Positions 24,579 through 39,061 of a DNA stretch of 64,000 bases are shown here, piece by piece. Location of the stretch: NCBI GenBank assembly GCA_964016885.1, contig OZ024754.1, positions 12,276,001-12,340,000 on the forward strand, in the 5' to 3' direction. This DNA comes from Eledone cirrhosa. Its lineage: Eukaryota. Made by a program: the position numbers and the translations under genes. The notes beneath the pieces are model-generated. The model was given only the letters and a program-made list of their open reading frames with translations. It was not told the origin of the DNA and searched no databases. How positions within the stretch are numbered: position 1 is the first letter of the stretch; each line of letters begins with the position of its first letter.

Positions 24579-24766
24579 GTGGATTGGCAGTATTGATAGA
24601 GGGTTGGACGCCATGCTTTTCAGCATAGAGTTACGGCCCTTTACGACCTGAGTTCAAATCCCGCTGAGGTTAACTTTGCCTTTCATCCTAACGGGGTCGA
24701 TAAAATAAAGTACCAGTAATGCACTGGAGTAAATGCTGGCCTTGTGCCAAAAGTAGAAATAATTAT
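24579..24766 (+). mobile_element. SINE family B copy
   Basis: Full-length match. Confidence 0.8.
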
Positions 24767-25553
24767 ACTGTTTCTATAATTCCATTAGGAGTTACAGATC
24801 CATACATACAAACATACATACATATACACATACATACATACAACTAGTCAGGAAATTACAAGTACAATCCATTAATGGCACAGTAAAAATATGTAAAATA
24901 TTCCAAAAATTCTGCATCTATTAACTGCATATACACATGTACAGATACAAAGCATATGCACATGCACACATACAACTCAAAACATCCACATCCACACATA
25001 CAATAACATCCATACCTGCACACACATGCATGCATACAGACATGCATACATATCTACCTAGTTGATGTTGTGTAAATTCCAATGAGAGAGTCTTGTGTCT
25101 ATGTTAGAAACTGACTCTCTCTCTATTGGTAAAAATTTGTGAAATTATAAAACCAGAAGAACATACACTCATACATACACATACACACACACACACATAC
25201 ATACACACACACACATACATATACACATACATACATACGTACATATATACCAACATACCTACATATAGACATACATACATACATTCATACATACATATAG
25301 ACATACATACTTAAATATATGTACACACTCTATATTTGTGTAATTTGCCTAAAGGCATAACTTGTCTCTACCTGTTTTGTTATGTCTCAATTCAGACTGG
25401 AATGAAAGGTATCGACCTTAATGCACAGAAAACGTAGTGATTTGAAGAGGTTGGCTGAGGAGTTGGGATTTAAGAAATATATTAGTTTAACACTTGATAA
25501 CAAAGCAAAAACGATGAAAAATGAATAAAGAAAAAAAATAGAAACTCACTCAC

Positions 25554-25791
25554 CTAATAACGGCTGGACCTGTACCAAGATCAAAACGGAATTCCAGATG
25601 ACCCCCACTCATCGCCAACATGAGGAAATCACCTTTACGGTCAAGTGTGTAACCATTGTAAAGAATTAGTCCATCTAATGAAGTTGGTTTGATAATCATT
25701 TCAACTTCAGTGAAGGAAAGTGTGGTTCGGTGAAGCCCATGATATTTCAGGAATGAATGACCATTGAAACTGGGAACATGTAAACTGGAAT
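25554..25791 (-). CDS. Internal exon (238 bp, phase 1-2) encoding the N-terminal half of a laminin G domain of the same gene
   Basis: Acceptor ttattacAG|AT and donor AG|GTGAGT. Translation SSLHVPSFNGHSFLKYHGLHRTTLSFTEVEMIIKPTSLDGLILYNGYTLDRKGDFLMLAMSGGHLEFRFDLGTGPAVIR has the LamG motifs (PSFNG, DGLILYNG, GDF, EFRFDLGxGPAVIR) typical of agrin/pikachurin/EYS. Not present in the ORF track. Confidence 0.92.
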
Positions 25792-26280
25792 CTGTAATAA
25801 AAATGATGAATTATCCATAATAATTCTCTCCGTGTGTTTATATAATTATATATCCATCTCCAATCCTCATGTACCTCCATCATCCTATCCCCCAGTCCAC
25901 ACTGTAAAGTGGTTGTGTTGGTGTCACAATAAAAAGCACCCAGACCACACTGTAAATGTGGCTGGCATTAGGAAAGGCATCCAGCCATAGAAACCAAGCC
26001 GAAATCAGTTCTGTATGAGCAAGACATGGTCACCTGATCTGGCTTGTCTCACAATAGGACAACTCGTGTAACCCATTCTAGTGTGGTAAAATGGACGTGC
26101 GATGGTGATGGTCTCTGTCTGTAACTCTTTATACAATTTACACACAATACATTTCCTATCCCACTGCTTGGAATTTTGGGCAAATGTTCTACTATAGTCT
26201 TAAAGAATGTCTTATAATGTCTCATAATGTATTATGAGTGAATTTGGGAGACAGAAACTATAAAAAAAGACCGTTGATAA

Positions 26281-27208
26281 TATCACTAGTGCTGATACCA
26301 CACTGTAATACTCCCCCACCCTAAGGTATCACTAGTGCTGATACCACACTGTAATACTCCCCCCACCCTAAGGTATCACTAGTGCTGATACCACACTGTA
26401 ATACTCCCCCCACCCTAAGGTATCACTAGTGCTGATACCACACTGTAATACTCCCCCACACAAAGGTATCACTAGTGCTGATACTACACTGTAATACTCC
26501 CCCACACTAAGGTATCACTAGTGCTGATACCACACTGTAATACTCCCCCACACCCTAAGGTATCACTAGTGCTGATACCACACTGTAATACTCCCCCACC
26601 CTAAGGTATCACTAGTGCTGATACCACACTGTAATACTCCCCCACACTAAGGTATCACTAGTGCTGATACCACACTGTAATACTCCCCCACCCTAAGGTA
26701 TCACTAGTGCTGATACCACACTGTAATACTCACCCACCCTAAGGTATCACTAGTGCTGATACCACACTGTAATACTCCCCCATCCTAAGGTATCACTAGT
26801 GCTAATACCACACTGTAATACTCCCCCATCCTAAGGTATCACTAGTGCTGATACCACACTGTAATACTCCCCCACCCTAAGGTATCACTAGTGCTGATAC
26901 CACACTGTAATACTCGCCCCCACCCTAAGGTATCACTAGTGCTGATACCACACTGTAATACTCCCCCACCCTAAGGTATCACTAGTGCTGATACCACACT
27001 GTAATACTCACCCACACTAAGGTATCACTAGTGCTGATACTACACTGTAATACTCCCCCACCCTAAGGTATCACTAGTGCTGATACCACACTGTAATACT
27101 CCCCCACCCTAAGGTATCACTAGTGCTGATACCACACTGTAATACTCCCCCACCCTAAGGTATCACTAGTGCTGATACCACACTGTAATACTCCCCCCCA
27201 TCCTAAGG
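26281..27208. repeat. 46-bp minisatellite, about 20 units
   Basis: Unit AAGGTATCACTAGTGCTGATACCACACTGTAATACTCCCCCACCCT with internal hairpin GGTATCA/TGATACC. Confidence 0.95.
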
Positions 27209-27370
27209 ATATTCTGGACAGTGATTGTCATTAGGAAGGGCATTAATCTATAGAAAACATAAGAAAATGGAAGATACAAAAGCTAAGAATACTGCCCTTC
27301 TGTGTATTGTATGCCTAATAAATATCTTGTAATATGGGCACAAGGCAGTGGATTGGCAGTGACATTATAA

Positions 27371-27545
27371 TTGTGTCTACTTTTGGCACAAGGCCAGCAA
27401 TTACCCAGTGCATTACTGGTACTTTATTTTATCGACCCTGTAAGGATAAAAGGCAAAGTTAACCTCGGGGGGATTTGAACTCAGAATGGCAAGGGCCGTA
27501 ACTCTATGCGTCAAAGCATGGTATCCGATACTGCCAATCCACCAG
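27371..27545 (-). mobile_element. SINE family B copy with TSD GCAGTGACATTATAAT
   Basis: TSD at about 27356-27371 and 27546-27561. Confidence 0.8.
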
Positions 27546-27754
27546 CAGTGACATTATAATATCAGATAGAATGTTTTGCCGTATTTGTTCTGGCTTTCAG
27601 TGTCCAAATCCCATCTAGGTAAACTTTGTATTTTATCCTTTTGAGGTCAATTAAAGAAAGTACCAGTCTTGTACTGGGGTTGATTTTTCATCTCTATCAT
27701 TTCCAGGAAGAAATCAGCTGTGTTCAGACCTGGGGAGAGAGAGGCTCTGCCTAG

Positions 27755-28174
27755 TTTAGCCTTTTAATGTTCAAACCGGCCAGAATTCTCTACCTCTTTC
27801 TGTTAAAACTGGCTGTAAGTGGTCACTCGTACTGATGTTAAGGTATTATTCTCAAAATAAATAGCCGTGGATTGGCAGTATCGGTAGAGGGTCGGACGCC
27901 ATGCTTTCCAGCATAGTTACGTCCCTTTACGATCTGAGTTCAAATCCCGCCGAGGTTGACTTTGCCTTTCATCCTTACGGGGTCGATAAAATAAAGTACC
28001 AGTAATGAACTGGTGATTGCTGGCCTTGTGCCTAAAGTAGAAACAATTATTCTCAAAATAAATACTTTCAAAATCTCATAGATTCGATATTATGTGAGAT
28101 AATTATGCAAGGTAAAGCCTTTACCATGAAAATATAATAGTATCTATAGAGTAATGTGAATGCTAAAGGGTTAA
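27755..28174. mobile_element. piggyBac-type MITE interrupted by a SINE B
   Basis: Ends in AATGCTAAAGGGTTAA. Homologous to 57027-57254 and 18496-18800. Confidence 0.7.
27864..28050 (+). mobile_element. SINE family B with 19-bp TSD ATTATTCTCAAAATAAATA
   Basis: TSD at 27845-27863 and 28046-28064. Confidence 0.88.
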
Positions 28175-28757
28175 AGTTCCCAATACATATTGTATGTCAT
28201 GATGTCATGATGTGACACCTATAACTCCAGCAGCAGGTATGGGTCCATGTATACATACGGTATAGGATCAAAGTGAGAGTCAGGTTCAATTGAACTGTTG
28301 ATTAGATTGACTCCTATCTAATACTTCATTGGTATTTATCCTATTAATCTTAGAGATATTAAATAGCAAAGTCTGGCCAAGTAGGATTTGAATATAAAAC
28401 ATAACCAGAAATAACTAAATGCTGAAAGCCACTTAGTCTGGCACCATAGCCATTTCTGCTGCCATTCTAAAGAATTTAGACAATAACTATAAGAGGAAAA
28501 ACATCATCAACAATATGAACTGTGGAAAATGGAAATAAAATTAAGAAACTCAAGAGACAAAAAGTAATAACTACAACAACAGTTACTATTACAACAACAA
28601 TGGCAACACCAACAATAGTGACACAAAAAAATGATATCAACAATAATAACAACAACAACAACAACATTGGATAGTAATTGTTACAGTTATATCGATAAAT
28701 GTTGTAGGAACAATGACAACTGTAACAACAACAGTTACAATCATGATAATAATAATT

Positions 28758-28893
28758 GTAATTGTTTCTACTTTTGGCACAAGGCCAGCAATTATCCCAG
28801 TGTATTACTGGTACTTTATTTTATTGACCCCCGTAAGGATGAAAGGCAAAGTTAACCTCGGCGGGTTTTGAACTCAGTCCGTAAAGGGACGTA
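28758..28893 (-). mobile_element. SINE family B, 5'-truncated
   Basis: Homology to other copies. Confidence 0.75.
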
Positions 28894-29056
28894 ACAACAA
28901 CTGCAATAGCAGCAACAGCAGTAAGAACAAGAACAACAACAACTACAATAGCAACAACAGCAGTAAGAACAACAACAACAACAACTACAATAGCAGCAAC
29001 AGCAGTAAGAACAATAACAACAACAACTACAACAGCAGCAAGAACAACAACAACAA

Positions 29057-29101
<45 letters not shown>

Positions 29102-31895
29102 GAACAACAACAACAACAACTTCAATAGCAACAACAGCAGTAACAACAACAACAACTACAACAACAACAACTGCAATAGTGACAACAGCAGTAACAACAA
29201 CAACAACGACAACAGCAGTAACAACGACAACAGCAGTAACAACAACAACAACGACAACAGCAGTAACAACAACAACAACGACAACAGCAGTAACAACAAC
29301 AACAACGACAACAGCAGTAACAACGACAACAGCAGTAACAACAACAACAACGACAACAGCAGTAACAACAACGACAACAGCAGTAACAACGACAACAGCA
29401 GTAACAACAACAACGACAACAGCAGTAACAACAACAACAACGACAACAGCAGTAACAACAACAACAACAACGACAACAGCAGTAACAACAACAACAACAA
29501 CGACAACAGCAGTAACAACAACAACAACGACAACAGCAGTAACAACGACAACAGCAGTAACAACAACAACAACGACAACAGCAGTAACAACAACGACAAC
29601 AGCAGTAACAACGACAACAGCAGTAACAACAACAACAACGACAACAGCAGTAACAACAACAACAACAACGACAACAGCAGTAACAACGACAACAGCAGTA
29701 ACAACAACAACAACGACAACAGCAGTAACAACAACGACAACAGCAGTAACAACGACAACAGCAGTAACAACAACAACAACGACAACAGCAGTAACAACAA
29801 CGACAACAGCAGTAACAACGACAACAGCAGTAACAACAACGACAACAGCAGTAACAACAACAACAACGACAACAGCAGTAACAACAACAACAACGACAAC
29901 AGCAGTAACAACAACAACAACGACAACAGCAGTAACAACAACGACAACAGCAGTAACAACGACAACAGCAGTAACAACAACAACAACGACAACAGCAGTA
30001 ACAACAACGACAACAGCAGTAACAACGACAACAGCAGTAACAACAACGACAACAGCAGTAACAACGACAACAGCAGTAACAACAACAACAACGACAACAG
30101 CAGTAACAACGACAACAGCAGTAACAACGACAACAGCAGTAACAACAACAACAACGACAACAGCAGTAACAACAACGACAACAGCAGTAACAACGACAAC
30201 AGCAGTAACAACAACAACAACGACAACAGCAGTAACAACGACAACAGCAGTAACAACAACGACAACAGCAGTAACAACGACAACAGCAGTAACAACGACA
30301 ACAACGACAACAGCAGTAACAACGACAACAGCAGTAACAACGACAACAACGACAACAGCAGTAACAACGACAACAGCAGTAACAACGACAACAGCAGTAA
30401 CAACGACAACAACGACAACAGCAGTAACAACGACAACAGCAGTAACAACGACAACAACGACAACAGCAGTAACAACGACAACAACGACAACAGCAGTAAC
30501 AACGACAACAGCAGTAACAACGACAACAGCAGTAACAACGACAACAGCAGTAACAACGACAACAGCAGTAACAACGACAACAGCAGTAACAACGACAACA
30601 ACGACAACAGCAGTAACAACGACAACAGCAGTAACAACGACAACAGCAGTAACAACGACAACAGCAGTAACAACGACAACAGCAGTAACAACGACAACAA
30701 CGACAACAGCAGTAACAACGACAACAACAGTAACAACGACAACAGCAGTAACAACGACAACAGCAGTAACAACGACAACAGCAGTAACAACGACAACAGC
30801 AGTAACAACGACAACAGCAGTAACAACGACAACAGCAGTAACAACGACAACAACGACAACAGCAGTAACAACGACAACAGCAGTAACAACGACAACAGCA
30901 GTAACAACGACAACAGCAGTAACAACGACAACAGCAGTAACAACGACAACAACGACAACAGCAGTAACAACGACAACAACAGTAACAACGACAACAGCAG
31001 TAACAACAACAACAACGACAACAGCAGTAACAACGACAACAGCAGTAACAACAACGACAACAGCAGTAACAACGACAACAGCAGTAACAACGACAACAAC
31101 AGTAACAACGACAACAACAGTAACAACGACAACAGCAGTAACAACGACAACAACGACAACAGCAGTAACAACGACAACAACAGTAACAACGACAACAGCA
31201 GTAACAACAACAACAACGACAACAGCAGTAACAACGACAACAGCAGTAACAACAACGACAACAGCAGTAACAACGACAACAGCAGTAACAACGACAACAA
31301 CAGTAACAACGACAACAGCAGTAACAACGACAACAGCAGTAACAACGACAACAACAGTAACAACGACAACAGCAGTAACAACGACAACAACGACAACAGC
31401 AGTAACAACGACAACAGCAGTAACAACGACAACAACGACAACAGCAGTAACAACGACAACAGCAGTAACAACGACAACAGCAGTAACAACGACAACAACG
31501 ACAACAGCAGTAACAACGACAACAACAGTAACAACGACAACAACAGTAACAACGACAACAGCAGTAACAACGACAACAACGACAACAGCAGTAACAACGA
31601 CAACAACGACAACAGCAGTAACAACGACAACAACAGTAACAACGACAACAGCAGTAACAACGACAACAGCAGTAACAACGACAACAACGACAACAGCAGT
31701 AACAACGACAACAACAGTAACAACGACAACAGCAGTAACAACGACAACAGCAGTAACAACGACAACAACGACAACAGCAGTAACAACGACAACAGCAGTA
31801 ACAACGACAACAGCAGTAACAACGACAACAGCAGTAACAACAACAGCAGTAACAACAACAACAACGACAACAGCAGTAACAACAACAACAACACC
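28893..31895. repeat. 3-kb (AAC)-based higher-order array (ACAACAGCAGTAACAACG units)
   Basis: Direct inspection. Produces poly-Thr, poly-Cys and poly-Leu pseudo-ORFs. Confidence 0.95.
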
Positions 31896-32445
31896 ACCTA
31901 CAATAATGACAACAGTAGAAAGAAGGAGACAAAGTCAGGACTACACTGACCCCAGCATTAATTAATACCAGGAAAATATGGGTTAGCAGTATGTGTGCTT
32001 TATTCAATTATTTTTAATGAGGACAGGACACAATGGTAGGAGGGGTATGGAGATATAGAGAGGGTAGGAGTTGGAGGAGTAGGTGGAGGAAGAAAAACCA
32101 ATAATAAGAAAATAGCATAGACAGGGACTTGGATTGATGAAGAGGGTGAAAAGGGGGAGGGGGAAGAGGGAAAAAAGGGAGGAAGAAGGAGAGGAGGAGG
32201 AGGGGGTGGGGAGAAGAAGAAAAATTGAAAGAAAGAATGAAAAGAAGTAAAAGAAGAAGAATAACGTTCGTTATGGTAATTGGTTAAAGAAATATTGAAA
32301 GAGAATTGGACAAAATGAAATAAATGTGTTAGAAATTTTCATTAATTGAAAATATAAAGATTGCTGGGTGATTGGGATGGGGGGGGGGGGGAGATGTGTG
32401 GTCTGAAGGTAACCAGATTGGGGGATGGTAACTAGCAAAGATATA

Positions 32446-32779
32446 TCATCATCATCATCATCATCATCATTTTCCCTGCTTGCAAGGGTGGGACGGAAAC
32501 TGATTCTGGCTTTATTTCTACAGCTGGATGCCCTTCCTAACACCAACCTCATTTACAGTGAGTGCTGGGTGCTTGTTTTGCCGTGGCACCTCCACGACTA
32601 CTTTACAGTGGAATGATATGGACCCCAGTCCCTATCATCTCATTTCTACAGCTGAGTAAACTGGAGCAATGTGAAATAAAGTGACTTGCTCAAGGAAACA
32701 ACACATCACCCGGTCTGAGAATTGAACTCACAACCTTTCGATTGCAAGGCCAATGCTCTAACCACTAAGCCATGTGCCT

Positions 32780-32781
<2 letters not shown>
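32446..32781 (-). mobile_element. SINE family A copy
   Basis: Full match. Confidence 0.85.
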
Positions 32782-32859
<78 letters not shown>

Positions 32860-32912
32860 GCACACACACACACAGGCACACAAACACATATACATATATA
32901 TATATATGTATA

Positions 32913-32966
<54 letters not shown>

Positions 32967-33957
32967 TATATACACACATTTATATATATATACATACCTA
33001 TATATATATATACATATATAAAAAAAAAAAACTTATGGATTATTGGATGAATCATTCGGTGCTTTGAAATTTGAAAATATGGGAGTCCCAAAAGCAGAAA
33101 ACAACAGTAACAACAGTCAATTGCAATAAATAATAGCTTAGAACAGTCCATTTGTTTAGAAAGCTGTGAAATGCAAGTGGGTTAGATTGCTAAGGTCAGA
33201 AATCACTCATCCTTTTTTTTTTTTTATTTTGCTTCTCTCTCAAATCCCTTCTGACTTATTATCTGCGTAATCTAACCTATTTGCATTGCAAAGCTTTCTA
33301 AACAAACAGACAGACTTTTCAGTTTTATATTCCAAACTATTACAGTCTGTTATATATTGAAAACCATCAGTGACCATGGGGTTTGCATCAAGAAAGTTTC
33401 CCTTCAAGGCATAGATCTGGGCAAGGTTGTTTGAGGAAGACCAGCAGTCATCCATGTATACCAGTCTCCCCTCTACATGCCCCCAATGATGTCCAAGGGA
33501 AAGGCTATGGCCGATACAGCTTGGCACCAGTGACGTGACAACATATATATATATATACATACATATATATATATATTATAGATTTACTATATATACACTA
33601 CATTCACCTTATATACACTATATTTAGACTATTTATCGAATCTATAATTGATAGATTTTATTTTTACGAACTGAATTGTGGTCTGGCTTCTGAAACAATT
33701 GTAAACCAATGAATAAACCGTATTTCCTGGTGTCGAAGTCTCTACTTTTTTCCTAAAATAAGTCTAAAAAAATCTACCATGCGTCCTGGAAGCTGAAGGT
33801 CGTTTATTAATTTTTTTCAAATTTTTGGTTGTCAAAATTAGGGTGCATCCTCCAGGATGAAGCATCTTCGTCTATGGGACCTACAGTATTTATTAAAGAA
33901 TTTGGTTCTGTATTCTCTAACGATAATTTATATATGTCTTTTCATATACCACGCATA

Positions 33958-34143
33958 ATAATTGTTTCTACCTTTTTGGCACAAGGCCAGCAATTACCCA
34001 GTGCATTACTGGTACTTTATTTCATCGACCCCGTAAGGATGAAGGGCAAAGTTAACCTCGGCGGGATTTGAACTCAGACATTAAAGGGACATAACTATGC
34101 TGGAAAGCATGGTGTCTGACCCTCTACCGATACTGCCAATCCC
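33958..34143 (-). mobile_element. SINE family B copy
   Basis: Full match. Confidence 0.8.
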
Positions 34144-34696
34144 ATAATAATGCTGCTTAACAGTGTCGTGTCAAATACCGATGTTAAGCAGTATTTGAAA
34201 AAAAATATGTTATACATTCGAATGAATGCTCTATGGCATGTTAACATTTTGTAAGTACACAGTACTTGTGTTTGTATACATGAACAGAAATAATAGCATG
34301 ATCTATATCTTGTATATTAGACTTTTTCTTGCTTAAATCACCGTTGCCTAATGCGAAACATTAATATTTTCGCTGCTTTGCTTATGAATCTATCTCTCAT
34401 ATTTGACCTTTAAAAAAAGACTTTTTTCACTATGTCTGTTGTTTGTTGATTATTACTTGCTTTACCTGGTAATTGGGACATGGATTTCCCAAATTTAATA
34501 TTTGTTTCCTGAAGATATTTGTGCTTGCAATGTTTATTGATTTAAATAATCAATTAATTAATTGATCAGCAAATTATTATTGGTATTTGAAATTACATTT
34601 CCTTTAATTGAAACGGATGTAGTAATTAATAAAATGATTTGAATTATAATCTTTGGATTTTACCTAAATTGAATTATATATATATATCTGCATCCT

Positions 34697-35040
34697 GGAG
34701 GCACATGGCTTAGTGGTTAGAGAATTGGGCTTGCAATCGAAAGGTTGTGAGTTCAATTCTCAGACCGGGTGATGTGTTGTTTCCTTGAGCAAGAGACTTT
34801 ATTTCACATTGCTCCAGTTTACTCAGCTGTAGAAATGAGATGATAGGGACCGGGGTCCATATCATTCCACTACAAAGTGGTCGTGGAGGTGCCACGGCAA
34901 AAAAGCACCCAGCACTCACTGTAAATGAGGTTGGTGTTACGAAGGGCATCCAGCTGTAGAAATAAAGCCAGAATCAGTTCCCGTCCCACCCTTGCAAGCA
35001 GGGAAAAAGCGGACGTAAAATGAAATGATGAAATGCTGAT
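34697..35040 (+). mobile_element. SINE family A copy
   Basis: Full match. Confidence 0.85.
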
Positions 35041-35214
35041 ATATGTATATATATATATCTATGTATATATATATATATATATATATATTTACTTTTTCTT
35101 CCTCTATTTCTATATCCTTCTTTCTCTCTTGATCCTCATCAGCATTTAATGTTTATTTTCCATGATAGAATGGGTTAAATGAGCTGTCCTGTTGTGAGAC
35201 AAGCCAGGCTGAAG

Positions 35215-35598
35215 GTCTTTTTGTCATAACACCTACATGACCACTTTACAGTGTGATAAGGGCATTTTTTTTTATGACACTAACACAACAACTTTACAGA
35301 ATAGTCTGGGCACTTTTTGTCATGACACCTACACGACCACTTTACAGTGTGGGCTGGGTGCTTTTTGTCATGTCACCAACACAACCACTTTACAGTATGG
35401 TCTGGGTACTTTTTGTCATGACACCTAGATGACCCCTTTACAGTGTGAACTGGGCACTTTTTGTCATGACACCAACATGACTACTTTACAATATGGTCGG
35501 GTACTTTTTGTCATGACACCAACATGACCATTTTACAGTATAGTTGGGTACTTTTTGTCATGACACCAACACGACCATTTTACAGTATGGTCTGGGTA
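35215..35598. repeat. About 45-48 bp tandem repeat derived from the RTE/SINE 3' region
   Basis: About 8 units of TTTTTGTCATGACACCAACACGACCACTTTACAGTGTGGGCTGGGTGC. Confidence 0.8.
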
Positions 35599-35889
35599 TA
35601 TATATTATGTACACAAAGGCGACAAATTGCCAGTGTCATTAGAACAGTGGATAGAATACTTTGTGGCATTCATTCCAGCTTTCAGCACTCTGAATCCAAT
35701 TGATGTCAACTTTGTCTTTTATTCTTTTGAGGTTGATAAATGAAGTACCGGTCAAATACCGGGGTCAATTCATCCTCTATATCTCTTTCTCATTTCCTCT
35801 CTCTCACTCGTTTTCCTTTTCGGGAAGAAACTGGCTGTTTTGAGACATGAAAAGAGGGGATGGGTTCTGCTAGGTTTAAAGTGATGAAG

Positions 35890-36340
35890 ATATGGTGACT
35901 CTAGCAGGTTTTGCTCTTGAAATCTGTCCAGCGATTCTTTGCTGAGACATTCTAAAGCTGTGCCCATAGTATTGGAGCTGTGATCACTCAATTTGGAGAA
36001 GTAGCGGCTCTAGTTGGAGTGACTCTCTGATCTCTGAGCTATGCACTCTATCAAGTAATGTTACTCCAAAGACCCTTCAGAAGAACCCCCATTTTGGCTG
36101 TTTATATTTGTGATCATTTTCTTTTGGTCATTACCCAAGATTCATGACCATATATAAGGGTTGGCATCAATACTGAATTGAAGATAGCGAGTTTGGCTTT
36201 TACACCTACCTCCCTTCTTCTGATTACTGAATACTGAAGCTGGCGTATTACTGCACCAACTCCTGCAATTCTTGCACTTAATTAAGCCTCCTGCTTTCCA
36301 TCACTCATGGACACATTTCTGAGATACTTGAATTCCCGGA
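35890..36340 (-). pseudogene. Degraded RTE-like RT C-terminal fragment
   Basis: EFKYL...ARI...KAKLAIFNSVLMPTLIYGHESWVMT with in-frame stops. Confidence 0.7.
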
Positions 36341-37469
36341 ATACATTTGATCATGTCTGATAGTTCTGAGGCTAAATAATGATTTCTACTATAGGCACAA
36401 GGGCCAGCAATTTTAGGGGAGGGGAAAGTTTATTCAATTGACACCAGTGCATTACTGGTGCTTTATTTTATTGACCCTGTAAGGATGAAAGGCAAAGCTA
36501 ACCTCGATGGGCCAATAATGGAGATTATAGATGGCTGGCTGATCTGCTAGAAACAACAGCCAAATTGTCTTAAAAATCACACTCTAACATCTTAAACAAG
36601 ATATTTAAAAAATGTTAAAGATGCAAAAATTGAAGGAGATATTGAATAATGTAGTCCTAGATACTGAATGTCTGAAGAAGGAAAGAAAGAATGAAAGAAA
36701 AAGAAAACTGAAAGGATGATTAGAGCTGGAAGGTCTTTGATGAGAAGTTTGTTCAATCAAGAGTGACCTGGTCATAGCTGGAATTCCTTTGATCACAGGT
36801 CTGTTTGATCAGGGAGGACTTGGGAGACTGGGTTTGTGAATGTGTGTAGAAGGTGGGGTGGGGTTAGGATGGGGGATACGATGATGCCTCAACAACATCA
36901 ACAACAATATTGATTTCTTACCTAAGCATAAGGTCACAACAACAACAACAGCATGGTATCACAAACAACAACAACAATATCAGCATGGTATCACAAACAA
37001 CAACAACAACATAAACAACAACAACAACATCAGCATGGTATCACAAACAACAACAACATAAACAACAACAACAACATCAGCATGGTATCACAAACAACAA
37101 CAACACAAACAACAACAACAACAACAGCATGGTATCACAAACAACAACAACAACAACAACACATCAATATAAATTAAATTGGATAAAGGAAAAAAAATAA
37201 CATTACAAACAACAACAACAACAACAACAATAATAAAATCATTTAAAAATAATTTTTTTAATTAGTTTTTTTTAATATTGTTGATGATGGTGTTTTTTTG
37301 TTTTGTTCTGTTTAATTTGTATTGATGTTTGTGTTGAATGAACAAGGAAACATCTATATGGTTAGCTGACCTGCTAGATATAGCAGCTAAAACTTCCATG
37401 AATCACACTAGAAGGAGGTCACATTGCTGGATATAATATATATGAAAATGAAAGACAGGGGATGGGTGG

Positions 37470-37529
37470 ACAGATACAGAGACAGACATACAGACAGACA
37501 GACAGAGAGACAGACAGACAGACAGACAG

Positions 37530-37587
<58 letters not shown>

Positions 37588-37592
37588 GACAG

Positions 37593-37623
<31 letters not shown>

Positions 37624-37632
37624 GATAGACAG

Positions 37633-37667
<35 letters not shown>

Positions 37668-37752
37668 GATAGACAGAGATAGACAGACAGTCAGACAGAA
37701 AGACAGACAGAGATAGACAGAGATAGACAGGCAGACAGACAGACAGACAGAC

Positions 37753-37796
<44 letters not shown>

Positions 37797-37837
37797 GACA
37801 GAGATAGACAGACAGACAGACAGACAGAGATAGACAG

Positions 37838-37876
<39 letters not shown>

Positions 37877-37903
37877 GATAGACAGACAGACAGAGATAGA
37901 CAG

Positions 37904-37938
<35 letters not shown>

Positions 37939-37947
37939 GATAGACAG

Positions 37948-37981
<34 letters not shown>

Positions 37982-38017
37982 GCAGAGATAGACAGACAGA
38001 CAGACAAAGATAGACAG

Positions 38018-38052
<35 letters not shown>

Positions 38053-38061
38053 GATAGACAG

Positions 38062-38095
<34 letters not shown>

Positions 38096-38211
38096 GCAGA
38101 GATAGACAGACAGACAGACAGAGATATACAGAGATAGACAGAGATAGACAGACAGACAGACAGACAGAGATAGACAGAGATAGACAGACAGACAGACAGC
38201 CAGACAGACAG

Positions 38212-38249
<38 letters not shown>

Positions 38250-38254
38250 GACAG

Positions 38255-38289
<35 letters not shown>

Positions 38290-38334
38290 GATAGACAGAG
38301 ATAGACAGACAGACAGACAGACAGAGATAGACAG

Positions 38335-38365
<31 letters not shown>

Positions 38366-38396
38366 GATAGACAGACAGACAGACAGAGATAGACAG

Positions 38397-38431
<35 letters not shown>

Positions 38432-38440
38432 GATAGACAG

Positions 38441-38474
<34 letters not shown>

Positions 38475-38510
38475 GCAGAGATAGACAGACAGACAGACAG
38501 AGATAGACAG

Positions 38511-38545
<35 letters not shown>

Positions 38546-38624
38546 GATAGACAGAGATAGACAGACAGACAGACAGGCAGACAGACAGGCAGAGATAGAC
38601 AGACAGACAGACAGAGATAGACAG

Positions 38625-38655
<31 letters not shown>

Positions 38656-38664
38656 GATAGACAG

Positions 38665-38737
<73 letters not shown>

Positions 38738-38782
38738 GATAGACAGAGATAGACAGACAGACAGACAGACAGAGATAGACAG

Positions 38783-38825
<43 letters not shown>

Positions 38826-38837
38826 GATAGACAGACA
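37470..38837. repeat. (GACA)n/(GATA) array on the 3' flank of the Tx1-like element
   Basis: Direct inspection. Confidence 0.95.
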
Positions 38838-39061
38838 AATTTCTGTTTATTTGCCACTAGGGCACAAAAGAAAGGGACATGTACATGGGTGGGGGGAGTT
38901 TACATAAAAATCGAGTAAGAAAAATATAACAAACAAAATAATAACAAGAAGGTCCTCAATAGGGAGGGATCGTTTTGGGGTCACACACACCCCCGAAAAA
39001 AAGTGTGCGACCCTTCTCCACGGGAGCACAAAGAGAGGGTGCTCCCTTCTTTCTGTTCCAC

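Noticed and set aside
26281-27208. CRISPR-like array of palindromic repeats
   Set aside because: No unique spacers, no cas genes, eukaryotic context.
29122-32007. 900+ aa poly-Thr, poly-Cys and poly-Leu ORFs (mucin- or metallothionein-like)
   Set aside because: Pure triplet-derived repeat open in several frames on both strands, inside an intron, with no domain or splice support.
33718-33888. pogo/mariner-like MITE
   Set aside because: Termini (CCGTATT../..TACAGTA) are too degenerate to support.
37408-38857. SVCL-repeat ORFs
   Set aside because: Translation of (GTCT)n.
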